From positions 25,132,534 through 25,196,533 of the forward strand of contig CM120644.1 in assembly GCA_051362555.1 (NCBI GenBank): DNA of 64,000 nucleotides. Reading direction: 5' to 3'. The position numbers and the translations under genes were made by a program. The notes under the pieces are model-generated. The model did no database searches, had not been told where the DNA came from, and saw only the letters and a list, made by a program, of their open reading frames with translations. Positions 36,501-50,900 of the stretch are shown here, piece by piece (positions within the stretch are counted from its first letter, which is position 1; each line of letters starts with the position of its first letter). Source of the DNA: Lingula anatina (taxonomy: Eukaryota > Animalia > Brachiopoda).

Positions 36501-39500
36501 CATTAAAATCAAGTACCTACATAAGTATGAAGTACTAAATTCAACAACTGATCATTTGCATTACTACAGGAAGAATATTTCTGTGTGAAAAATATTTAAA
36601 ATGTGTGATTAATATCAAAACTGTTCTTTTTTGTCACATATGTACAGAAAAGCACCCATTTAGCAGCATACCTCTTCTTTGCTGGGCCTGGCATTGGCTT
36701 TTAGGTAAACTTGCAGGGTGGCATTACGGTCTGCTGGCCAGATGGTGATCTGATGTGATTTGTTGGTCTCAGCATCAAACTTGAAGTAAATAACATCCTC
36801 CACGTTTACATTAGTCCCTCCTTCAAGGTGGAGGGTGGTGATATCACAGTTCACGTCAGCCTCTGGAATCAAGGATTGATGTTGAACACTGTTCATGAAA
36901 ATATCAAGTTTTTTTAAATCTTTTTCATGGTTTTGTTCAAATCTCAGGTACACTTGTTCTCAACTCAAGCTGTCAGCAAACTTGCTAGCAGTATTTGGAC
37001 ATTCATGTCCTGTTAACTCTAAATGGATCACTTAGCAGCATGTCAGTTCATGTTTTCTATAAATAGCATGGAAATGTTTGTTTAAAGCATTTTGACAGAA
37101 AGTAAAGTAAATCTGAGATTTAGCAACAAAGACCAATGTCAAGAGTGCAATAAAAAATGAACACCTTGGAATATTTTGTAGTAACAAGTCACCCATGATG
37201 TGATGTCTTTTAGATAGAAAAACTTACTTCCAACAGGGATGAAGATATCCATTGGTTCTGGTAGCCAGTTGAACTGGACCCTAGCGCCATCTATAGTCAT
37301 GACAATACCAGAGCAGCCAAAGGTGACATCTTGAGCTGAAACGTCCCAGGTGAATGGATTCTTTGGCATGTAGAACATCTGACAATTTTAGATTGTAAAA
37401 CAAATGAAATAAAACGAAATATAATTTCATGAACGATGTCTCTGATTACAACCCCTTCCCCTCAAAATGTTCATAAAAACTGTCAGCATATTAGCAATGG
37501 GCCGTTAAATTAACAAACAAGTGTTACTAAATAAAATCAAATTAAAAATGTTTATACCTGCAAATCAATGGAAGCAGACACATTCTCATGTCCGTCACGA
37601 AGCATATTTTGTATAGGAGGTAAAGCAAAGCTGCCGACCATACATGGTGGTGTCTCATCATTCCCCCCTTCTGCTGGACTGACCTGGGGCACCTGCAGCT
37701 GCTGGGAACTACTCATTGTGTCCAGGTCCAATTTTTGACACTAAAACACAATTAAGCATGGCATTATGTTTATATGTCATGGTTGACTTGAAGTTGATTT
37801 GAGTGAACCTCAGTAAAAATGGTGCAAAAGTGAGTTTTTTTTTTTGTTCTCTATCAAACAAAAGGACAATTGCATAAAAGGGTTTGATTTTTTTTTTACT
37901 GTAAATTTCTACAAACTTTCCTGCTAACATATTACTTTGAAATTGCTTGTGATTTTAGCTATAAGTCAATGTCATTAACATAGGATTACTTGACAAAGTA
38001 AATGTGTCTTGATTTTACAATAAAACCTTTAATTTGACAGGTGTGGCTGTAACTAACATTCTAATCTGGGGTTTTACTGAAACTAGGTCAACTCATGTAA
38101 CTATCTAAATCAATGCAAAGAACAACAGTGACAGTTAACACTATCACAATAGTTAAGATTGACTACAGAGGGTGGAAGGGAGGGGAGAGGGGGTTCTTGA
38201 TAAAGTTCACCCACCTTGACAATGAACGTCTTGGTGGCGAGAACAGTGGGCTCCTCTCCTGGTACCTGTTTTGCCAGCACAGTGTCTGAGATAGTGCTGA
38301 TGATACTAAGTGCTTTATTTGCTATGTATCTGGTCTGCAAGAGTAAAAAGTAAATAAATTACATCTTGATTGAAGTGGTTTAGTCGTTGTTATGTTTGGT
38401 ACAAACTTTTAACTCCTTGCTTTTGATAAGGGGTTGGTTTGTTGGTTGGATAGTTGTTGCTGGTTTTGGTAGAGGTATTTGCCTCGTTTAGTCTAAGCAA
38501 AGAGCATATTGTTTTTAATCCTTTAATTCTATTCCTCTTTCATGTTATACAATGTACAGCAGGTGATTCATTTGGTTGATCTTGCTGGTTGTTTGGTTGA
38601 TCTGGACGGTTGTTTGGTTGATCTAGTTGGCTGTTTGTTTGATCTGGATGGTTGTTTGGTTGATGTAGCCGGTTGCTTCATCTGGATGGTTGTTTGGTTG
38701 ATGTAGCTGGTTGTTTGTTTGATCTGGATGGTTGTTTGGTTGATGTAGCTGGTTGTTTGTTTGATCTGGATGGTTGTTTGGTTGATTCAGCTGGTTGTTT
38801 GTTTCATCTGGATGGTTGTTTGGTTGATGTAGCTGGTTGTTTGGTTGATCTGGATAGTTGTTTGGTTGATCTGGATGGTTGTTTGTTTCATCTGGATGGT
38901 TGTTTGGTTGATTCAGCTGGTTGTTTGTTTCATCTGGATGGTTGTTTGGTTGATGTAGCTGGTTGTTTGGTTGATCTGGATGGTTGTTTGGTTGATCTGG
39001 ATGGTTGTTTGTTTCATCTGGATGGTTGTTTGGTTGATGTAGCTGGCTGTTTGTTTGATCTGGATGGTTGTTTGGTTGCAGTTTCACTGTTTGTTAAATT
39101 GCCAGGTTAAGAAATCAGTCAGTCAGCTGATAAAGTTTTAAATTAAAACAAATATAGAACTGATAGGCAACTGATCTTATCCCTCACCTTTAGAACTTTC
39201 ATCTCCTCAGGTTGTATCATGTTGGTGATATTCACTTCTCTTGACTCCTCCATGCTGGCATTCAACAGGTTGGACGTGGATTGAAGAATCATACTGTATA
39301 TTAAAGAACAATGTTTTTTTGTTTTATGATCAACATAATTGCATCATGATTTGTTTATTACAAGTATGATCAATAAATAGGAAGGGTTTTAAAGGTATAT
39401 CAACTGTTTGAATGGGATTCACATTAAATAAATTCTAAATAACTCAAAGAATGTTATAAATTCTATTTTATTACCAACAGGTTGCCATCAGACCTCGTGG

Positions 39501-41886
39501 ACTTTCATAGAAGGCTACCCTCTGTAATAATTTCTTTTAAGAAATTGTAAAAGAGATTGTAATAAAATAGCACATGGACTAACTCTGAATGTTGGAATAG
39601 ATTCATTAGCCATTGGTTAATTGGGAAAAATTGTAGTTTACCCTTGGAAAATCCATTTTTTTACCCACAACAAACAGCTTTTATCTCTTAAATATTTTTT
39701 GAGGCAGCCATAGATAATGGACTGCAGAAATAACCTCTTGCTTGCCTTAATTATTTTGACTTTTAACATTTAAAGCACAGAACTGACAAGATAAATTGAT
39801 ACTGTTATATATAATGATATATAAATATACTTTCAGAATAAGATGGGTCATATACCATGAGAATCAATAAAACAATAATAATAATAACAATAAACAAATA
39901 CACCACTGTAATGGTGATCAGGCACATTTACAAAAATTTTAAGACTGAAGACTATCTACTATCTTATCATTATTTTTAATGCAGTTTTAGATTCCCTTCT
40001 GATTTTAAAGCATGTTTGCTAGTGCTCAGGATGACTGGTGTCTCTTCAATTGTTATTATTCTAAATAAGTTAATTCAAAGAGTTTCTATCCTGGCTTACG
40101 TGGTAGTGTCCTCTACTTCAGTAAAAGTGGCAATTGTCTGTCCACTGCTCAACACCTGGGATACCCTCTCCACTGTGTCCATGCCTGAAGTCTGAAGATT
40201 AATCTAATTACTACATGTATGGAGCCAGCTCAAAACTGACGAGAAAATGTTAGTTGTTTTAAATCATCCACTCCCCTAACTTCATTATAAAAATTTACAG
40301 TAAACACTATGAAATTAACCCACTTGCAGTGTCTGCATATAAAAACAGAAAAAAAGAAAAAAAATTATGAGAATGGTTTAGTAACATTTGGAACCTGTGA
40401 GTTACAAATGGGATTTGATCCTCTTATGTAATTAACAACACAAAAATTGAAGTATCAAGGTTACAAATACTGGATCAAAAATATTTATCTACAATACAAA
40501 AGACATCTAGTGTTCAGTACCTGTGAGTGAGCAGTAATCTCTGTGGTGTGTTCTGTGAGTTTGGCCAGCGTCTCTGCTGCTTGATGGGCAGTAGATAGGC
40601 TGTCAATAGTTAAATTACCCACTGCCTCCATCATATCACTGCGTATCTGTGGAAGAAAAGATTTACTGATCATGCCATATGTTTTATTGAGTGCTAAATA
40701 AGCACATTTTGATATGATGGTATCTTAAACAATTAGGCCACACTTTTTTAATTTTATGGATGACATCCTGCGCGTGCACGGATTTTCGCCCGTTCTCCAA
40801 AAAAAAAAAAAAAAAAAGCCCCCCCCCCCACCCCCCAACGAAGTCGGTTGTCGCAAACGTTGTTATTGAATTTGCAAGGAAATGAGCTTTCTGCGCATGC
40901 GTATTTTCGCCACGTGGAAATGCGGCCACTTTGCTGTCAAATTCATCTCTAGAATTACTTTCAAATTACACAACAATAAAAGTCATCAAGAGAACGGGCG
41001 CCATCATTTTGGATTGGTATGCCATTGATATTGGGCATGGAGATATCACCTTTTTACAATTGTGCGAAAGGCTGGCGGCGGCCGAAATATTTCTGTGACA
41101 TTCTGTATAAAGCAGCACATTAATACCAGGTTTTCTGTAGCGAAAAAAGGGTCGACAAGGGCGTCGAGGTATTTGGTGGGCTGAAGGTCGGACAGGCCAC
41201 CTGACAGTTTAGCTGCTTCGTGTGAGTTGAAGTTGACAAAATGGCATCGTCTGAAATGACCTTTAATAGATTTGGTAGTATTAAGCATATCTTTGCATCA
41301 TTTTTAAACATTTCTGTGAAGTGTTCAAAATGTTTTAATATTCTGAGAATACAAATAAAGACGCACTGTTTGATTGATATTTGTTTTATTGATTGCTATA
41401 CCAAATGAATGCATGAAATAACCTTAAATAGATTTGGTAATATGAAGTATATCAATTCATGACTTTTTTTTACATTTCTACGAAGTATTCACAATGCTTT
41501 AATATTTTGAGAGCATGGATAAAGACATATTGTTAGTTTGATACGTGTTTCTGTGGTTAAATTTGTGTTTCCAACTGTGTACTGACAGCATTCCTTTACT
41601 TAAGCATTTTTTTTTTTTTTTTGGACTGTTTTTTTTTTTTTCGCCCTCTCGCACCGATTTTGGGGTACCCAGAGGATGTCATCCATAAAAATAAAAAAGT
41701 GTGGCCTTATCAGAGAAATACAATCATTTTAATTTCATCTAATTTAAGATCAGCCAAAATAACAAAGCCAAATTTGCCAGTCCCTTGGAAATGCCCATGC
41801 AGTCAGACAATTCTACTGGCATGGTATTATAACCTGTTGGTAATGTGCTTGGATGAGACTAATCATCATTCACTACTAGCTGTCTT

Positions 41887-41941
<55 letters not shown>

Positions 41942-44900
41942 TGATTGGGAAGGTTCAAACCACCCATGGGACAATGGCCCCTCCTGGGTCACCCTTAATG
42001 GGCCATTTTGCATATCAATGGGCCATCGCTTGACATTTATGGGCCATTTTTAAACATGACAAATATATTTGAAATATCTGTATCAATACTTTTGGGAATA
42101 ATATGATAAGGTTTTGCAGTTAAACTTGGTTAATATATTTATGTAGTTAAGACTTTTGTCTTTTTCAATAAAACCATTACAATGCCTTCTTTAATGAACT
42201 TATTTGAAGACTAAATGAAAAAACAAAATGATCAGAAAACATGTAATACTCATTAGTAATTGGTTTTTATTTGATGAAACCATCAACATGAGGTAAACAA
42301 TCTAGATCTCTGAAAACCTTGATTAATCAAAACTGAGAAAATGTAAATGAAATTGTCTTCACATACTGTCTAGTACTTATTAATCAGTCTTACTGAAAAG
42401 AGATTTCATTACTTAATGAAGTAATCTCTTTCTCCTGTGCCACACATTCAGTGCATCCTCATAACTTATCTTACTCCCAAGAATCTTAACTCTTACACTG
42501 TTCGCGATCGTACTGGAGCCAGGGTCATAGTTGAAGCCAACGGGGTTGGAAACCTTGTGCGACCTGAGAGTGAGAGGTGCTAGCACTAGCAGTAACACTA
42601 CTGTCAGTGTCACTACTACTCGTCGTAGTGCAAGGAGCGCTGCTCTCAGAAGTTGGTACATTTTCTTCTCCCGTCTCCTTTGAGACTTCTTCCTGAACGT
42701 TGGACGGACCCTTAGACGAAGCGGTTGAAATAAATAAACTAATGTAGGCTGGTCTGGCGAGATTTTAAAAATCTTTTTCGGCGGCATTTTTCTTTTCACT
42801 TCACCAAAGTGCTGCTTGAAAAAATCCCATGTGCTTTCAGAACGAAAAGCAAGGTTACTTCTAATTGGATAAACATGACCTATTAACTGATTGGCCAATA
42901 AGATATCAGCTTTTATTTCATTAGCATATCTATTGGGACGATGTGCTCATTGCTCTCGGCAAACTTCCGCGATTGCGTTCGATAGCTTCCGAATTCGTTC
43001 CTGAGACGTCTTCAGGTATGAGAGGAAAATTACGCTAATCAGTTGACGAATAGTTTATTGACGAGTAGACTCTTTTTAAAAACACGAGGTATAACAAAAT
43101 CACACGCCCTTATGGCACACAAACAGGGCTTTTTATGCGCCCAGTTACGATTCTATGCACGTATGGCGCAATGGCGCGTTCCTTCCCAATCACTGTATAT
43201 ATATATATATAAATAAATACCTTAATTTGATTTTTTTGTCCATTGATTTCTTTTATTTATCTAACCTTCTTCTTTTTCATCATCATTTATTTTCACTTTA
43301 ATTAATTTATCTATCAACACATTTATTTACCTGTTCCCGTCTTTTTGAGTCAGGTAAATTCTCTGTCCCAGAATTCAGCAAGGAACTGATGGCTTCAACC
43401 AGCTGTAGAACAGCTAAAAGCAAATATCACAGAGAAGGGTGTGACCAAAATGTTAATAACATGTAGATTTTTACATGACTGACAGCTTTAACCAGCTGTA
43501 GAACAGCTAAAAATCAATAGCACAGGGAAGAATGTAATTAAAAAAAATGTATAATTTAATACAAATCATAAAAATGGTAAAAGCAATAAATAATCAATAA
43601 AAAATGGCAACCCAAGTGTTAAAGGTTTACAGTTATATAAATAGACAGCACCTGTCTGGTCGCCTTCCCTCACAGCAGTCCACAAGACACTGTTCTGATC
43701 CCCTGTTATCTCCTCTAAAAAGGTACCAACATCACTGTCTAAAAAATCAGGATGGTCACTTAATGGAAGGACCTTAAAAAGAAAATGTATATATGATATG
43801 ATATGATATGATATGATATGATACATAAAATAAATGGACAGAAGAAAAGAGTGCTACATCCATACCTACTCAGTTCCATATTCCAGCCTTATTTACTCCA
43901 CCCCCCCCCTCCACCTTTAGCAAATACTTGCTTTAAAAAAGTCCCAAAAGTCCAGTAGGTTTGAAAGTGTTTGGCAGAGAATGCAAATTTAATGTGAACA
44001 TACCTGGACAGTGGAAGTCACCACAGTCTTCATACAATTGTCATTGACAGCATGTACACACTCTAACCCCCACAGATAATATAAACATACCTGGACAGTT
44101 GAAGTCACCACAGTCCTTAAACCATTGTCATTGACAACATGTACACACTCTAACCCCCACAGATAATATAAACATACCTGGACAGTGGAAGTCACCACAG
44201 TCTTCATACCATTGTCATTGACAGCATGTACACACTCTAACCCCCACAGATAATATAAACATACCTGGACAGTTGAAGTCACCACAGTCCTTAAACCATT
44301 GTCATTGACAACATGTACACACTCTAACCCCCACAGATAATATAAACATACCTGGACAGTGGAAGTCACCACAGTCCTTAAACCATTGTCATTGACAACA
44401 TGTACACACTCTAACCCCCACAGATAATATAAACATACCTGGACAGTGGAAGTCACCACAGTCCTTAAACCATTGTCATTGACAGCATGTACACACTCTA
44501 ACCCCCACAGATAATATAAACATACCTGGACAGTGGAAGTCACCACAGTCCTCATACCATAGTCATTGACAACATGTACACACTCTAACCCCCACAGATA
44601 ATATAAACATACCTGGACAGTGGAAGTCACCACAGTCCTTAAACCATTGTCATTGACAGCATGCACACGGACCTCCCCCTGACTGTTCTCACTGGCTGGG
44701 GACACAGACAGAGCAGAGATGTGGATATAACCACCAGAACCGCTGCCTAACAGGATACCTGAGGAAAATATGAACATTTTTATACAAATATTGGTGGATA
44801 CCAACATATCAACCCTTAGTGTTGGAATATTACTATGAGCTTCCTGTGTGATACATGAAAGCTTCTTCATGTCCATATGTGCATACATATCAGACTCAGA

Positions 44901-47900
44901 AATTCAGCTAAAGTTTGACTGAGGATTCACAAGTCAACAGTTACTTTGATTCTGTAATACTGACTTGCCTCACTTGTTTTAATAATTTAAATTGCTGCAA
45001 CTTAAAATCAGACTCTTTTGTAAGCAAGGAAATTCTTTGCCTACCTTTCTTTCAAACTATTCATCAGCAAACTGCAGATCAGTTACCTGATTGATTCTTG
45101 GTAGCAGGATCTCCATCCCAAAAATGGTAGTTGTAGTGGAGTTGACTGGTGCTGTCAATGAACCCAGAGCAATTCACTGAGAAATTGGTGACAATCTCAA
45201 AGCCAGTGGAAGGAGAAACTGTGCATATTCCAGGACTAGGGCTGGTCCCCATTTGTATGACACATGATGTAGACAGCACTGTACCAGCAGACTGACTTGT
45301 ACCTACAGACATACATGACATGATGTAGACAGCACTGTACCAGCAGACTGACTTGTACCTACAGACACACATGACATGATGTAGACAGCACTGTACCAAC
45401 AGACTGACTTGTACCTACAGACACACATGACATGATGTAGACAGCACTGTACCAGCAGACTGACTTGTACCTACAGACACACATGACATGATGTAGACAG
45501 CACTGTACCAGCAGACTGACTTGTACCTACAGACACACATGACATGATATAGACAGCACTGTACCAGCAGACTGACTTTACCTACAGACACACATGACAT
45601 GATGTAGACAGCACTGTACCAGCAGACTGACTTGTACCTACAGACACACATGACATGATGTAGACAGCACTGTACCAGCAGACTGACTTGTACCTACAGA
45701 CACACATGACATGATGTAGACAGCACTGTACCAGCAGACTGACTTGTACCTACAGACACACATGACATGATGTAGACAACACTGTACCAGCAGACTGACT
45801 TGTACCTACAGACACACATGACATGATGTAGACAGCACTGTACCAGCAGACTGACTTGTACCTACAGACACACATGACATGATGTAGACAGCACTGTACC
45901 AGCAGACTGACTTGTACCTACAGACACACATGACATGATGTAGACAGCACTGTACCAACAGAACATCTTGTACCTACAGACACACATGACATGATGTAGA
46001 CAATATTGTACCAGCAGACTGACTTGTACCTACAGACACACATGACATGATGTAGACAGCACTGTACCAGCAGACTGACTTGTACTTACAGACACACATG
46101 ACATGATGTAGACAGCACTGTACCAGCAGACTGACTTGTACCTACAGACACACATGACATGATGTAGACAGCACTGTACCAGCAGACTGACTTGTACCTA
46201 CAGATACACATGACATGATGTAGACAGCACTGTACCAACAGAACATCTTGTACCTACAGACACACATGACATGATGTAGACAATATTGTACCAGCAGACT
46301 GACTTGTACCTACAGACACACATGACATGATGTAGACAGCACTGTACCAGCAGACTGACTTGTACCTACAGACACACATGACATGATGTAGACAGCACTG
46401 TACCAGCAGACTGACTTGTACCTACAGAAACACATGACATGATGTAGACAGCACTGTACCAGCAGACTGACTTGTACCTACAGACACACATGACATGATG
46501 TAGACAGCACTGTACCAACAGACCATCTTGTACCTACAGACACACATGACATGATGTAGACAGCACTGTACCAGCAGACTGACTTGTACCTACAGACACA
46601 CACGACATGATGTAGACAACACTGTACCAGCAGACTGACTTGTACCTACAGACACACATGACATGATGTAGACAGCACCGTACCAGCAGACCAACTTGTA
46701 CCTACAGACACACATAACATGATGTAGACAGCACTGTACCAGCAGACTAACTTGTACCTACAGACACACATAACATGATGTAGATAGCACCGTACCAGTA
46801 GACTGACTTGTACCTACAGACACACATGACATGATGTAGACAGCACATTACCAGCAGACTGACTTGTACCTACAGACACACATAACATGATGTAGATAGC
46901 ACCGTACCAGCAGACTGACTTGTACCTACAGACACACATGACATGATGTAGACAGCACTGTACCAACAGACTGACTTGTACCTACAGACACACATGACAT
47001 GATGTAGACAGCACTGTACCAGCAGACTGACTTGTACCTACAGACACACATGACATGATGTAGACAACATTGTACCAGCAGACTGACTTGTACCTACAGA
47101 CACACATGACATGATGTAGACAGCACTGTACCAACAGAACATCTTGTACCTACAGACACACATGACATGATATAGACAGCACTGTACCAGCAGACTGACT
47201 TGTACCTACAGACACACATGACATGATGTAGACAGCACTGTACCAGCAGACTGACTTGTACCTACAGACACACATGACATGATGTAGACAACACTGTACC
47301 AGCAGACTGACTTGTACCTACAGACACACATGACATGATGTAGACTGCACTGAAGAGACTGACATTACACTGCAGAAAGTGTAAGATAGTCTTAAATATA
47401 TTGGTATGTCCAAAGGGCAAATCTTAAATCTTCAAATTAGCAAAATTCATTCATCTGTTGTCAGAATACTTACCATGTGTTGTGACCTGGTAGAGCTCCC
47501 CAGGTATAAGAACACCTGGTTTAATACTCAGTCCTCTCTCTGTTCTCTCAGTGGTGGTGTCCTGGCTCCAGTCCAGTCCCTGTACTGTGGTGTTCACTGG
47601 GTTGAGGTCCCATAGGTAGTCCATGGAGTCACAGTGATAACATACAGCCTCTAGGGACACCTTGGCTCCAGGGTCAGACAGCTTACACTGACCAGTACAC
47701 CTAGAGAAACAACTGGACAATTAAGTATGGACACCTTGGCTCCAGGGTCAGACAGCTTACACTGACCAGTACACCTAGAGAAACAACTGGACAATTAAGT
47801 ATGGACACCTTGGCTCCAGGGTCAGACAGCTTACACTGACCACTACACCTAGAGAAACAACTGGACAATTAAGTATGGACACCTTGGCTCCAGGGTCAGA

Positions 47901-50900
47901 CAGCTTACACTGACCAGTACACCTAGAGAAACAACTGGACAATTAAGTATGGACACCTTGGCTCCAGGGTCAGACAGTTTACACTGACCACTACACCTAG
48001 AGAAACAACTGGACAATTAAGTATGGACACCTTGGCTCCAGGGTCAGACAGCTTACATTGACCAGTACACCTAGAGAGACAACTGGACAATTAAGTATGG
48101 ACACCTTGGCTCCAGGGTCAGACAGCTTACACTGACCACTACACCTAGAGAAACAACTGGACAATTAAATATGGACACCTTGGCTCCAGGGTCAGACAGC
48201 TTACATTGACCAGTACACCTAGAGAGACAACTGGACAATTAAGTATGGACACCTTGGCTCCAGGGTCAGACAGCTTACACTGACCACTACACCTAGAGAA
48301 ACAACTGGACAATTAAGTATGGACACCTTGGCTCCAGGGTCAGACAGCTTACATTGACCAGTACACCTAGAGAGACAACTGGACAATTAAGTATGGACAC
48401 CTTGGCTCCAGGGTAAGACAGCTTACACTGACCAGTACACCTAGAGAGACAACTGGACAATTAAGTATGGACACCTTGGCTCCAGGGATATAGACAGCTT
48501 ACATTGAGCAGTACACCTTGAGACCATTCCCAGTCACTATCATCCTAATTGTGGATTGATCTATCTCCAAGGGGATTTTTGGTAAATTGCAATCAACTTA
48601 AGTCGCACAGATATCTGTCAGGCCTACTTAACCTGCGAGCAGATAATTAACTATCATTAACAGCCTCAGTGGGGGTGCCAGACATCTAACCCTCTTACGC
48701 TGAAAGCAATTTAGTGAGAAACTCCTTGGAGATAGATTCATCCTGGTAGATCAATATAAGTATGGGAACCCATTCCAAGAGAAACAACTGGAAAATTAAG
48801 TTTGGAGAAATATTTGGCTTCAGGGCCAGACTTTATACACCAATCTTACATGTCAACTCATAATTTGTGGACAGTGGGAAATATATGATAATTAAATTTT
48901 CAGTGGTTAAATCATTTTCCTTAGGAAGAATCACCTCTGTATTATGTAGAGCGCTGAGTGTTCAACTGTGCCAACTTTGTCTTCCACACTGTGAGGGCAG
49001 ACACAGTAGGAGTGTAGATCTCTCACTATACACAGCCCTAGGCAGTTCATTGTGTTGCAATCTGGAATAACCATTGACATATGTGCTTGTGATATGAAAC
49101 AGAAATTAATAATTAATTTATTTGAAAACTAGAGAAAAAATTGTAGGGAGACAGTATCTTAAATACAAATTATTATTATTATTAAAATAACATAAGTTCA
49201 TATTCAGATATTAACAGCTGACATTTTAATATATTAAAATAGTACCATTATCTATAAATCTATGGCTGAGGGTAATATGTGATATTTTTGTTCAAAAATA
49301 TGTTCAATATTTCTAAATACGTGGGCAGATTTGATCCAAGCAGGTCGCTGTCTGGGTTGAGTTGGTGGCGCCACCTGTACACAGGGCCTGTTCACTGGGC
49401 ACATTTGGATCGTGACAGGTACGGTTTCTGGATATGGTTCCTGTCCCACACAGCACAGAGCAATCACCCCAGGCTCCCCAGGCCAACCAGCTCCCGCCAT
49501 CTAGATAGAGAAATATACATATTTAAATAAAATTAATTGCTTCAAATATATAAATTAAATAAAGTTAAAGCCTAATTAATTAAAATATGCTCATCGACCA
49601 ATTTGGTATGTTTTCTATATGAACTGGAGATTGTCAAGAGCAAAATTCTGACATTTACCTAGTATGGACAGTGGATTACATGTGTAGGAATATATTAGTA
49701 TTGTTTGATTAAAACCACCTGAGACTGTTTTGAGGTTAAACTGGGACTAATTACTTAGTGACTAAAACAAGTATGATCACACTCCTCATATTCTGTCATT
49801 AAGGATGTAACAGTTACAACACAAGGCCAGTGATTAGGGGCAATTGTCCTGGATTTTCATTCCAGGTGAAATGACCCTAGTCATTTACTCCCTGATGATG
49901 GTGACTGACAGTCACAGAAATATTGGAGGTAATACCCACATATTCTACAAGCTCTTGATAAAAGGAAAAACAATAATCTGAACACTCTTGTACCCGGTAG
50001 GACTAGGAATCTTGAGAGCTTTAATTGATTGTATCATTGAAAATTAGTCCTGGGTTGAGAAAAACAACCAGTATTGACAGAAGGGTCCACATGAAAGCTG
50101 GCCAAGTGGTTTTAATGTTAATGAAGGGAGGAGGTCTTGTTCATGGCATCTGTTGCAATGTCAATAAACAACTGACAAATAAATAATTTCTAATATATTC
50201 CAGCTGAAGCAGATATAGAAAAGGTTGTTTAAAAATGAAATATTTTAAGATAAATTTTTTGATAATTATAATAAATCTTGCTAACATTTAATATTGGCAA
50301 CCATTTTAAAAGTGTTTAAAATTTTAGGAGTTGTCCACCATATTCTTACATCCACAGACAGGAGGTGTGCCACTCCAGGTCTCGTTGATTAGACAGATCC
50401 TGGTGGTGTCCCCAGAGACCACTTTGTACCCAGGCAGGCAGGTGTAGGTGATATTGGCTCCTGTCACATTTCCGCCCCGTTCTTCAACAACATTTGGAAT
50501 AGATGGGAATTCACACTCTGGAACAAATATACATGTATGATTGAGTCAGGTATTTAGATGTAAGCACAGTTCCTGTGGAAGTGATCTCCTCATGCACTTT
50601 GATAAGAACATTGTGACAGGCTCAATTTATGGTTATATTTGGGGGCGTGGTAGAGTTGCCTTCCAGCATATCTTACTTGCAAATGGAAATAGGATGAAAA
50701 TTTGTATTAACAGGTCTTTTATCCCAGATCTCTTTCAACAAAATCCAATCCGTACTGTTTCATTGTTAATTATAAAAGAGCAGTGCTGGGAGGAGAGAAA
50801 CATCAACACAACTGTACATACCTATATAATTCCAAAAGTATCAGGTACATGCATCTTTAGCTAATATTCTTTACTGAATACAGATATCTAGTTTTAATTC

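Noticed and set aside
38623-39110. Gln/Asn/His-rich and Leu/Asp/Gly-rich ORFs on both strands
   Set aside because: By-products of a 21-bp minisatellite; exons 16 and 17 join in frame without them.
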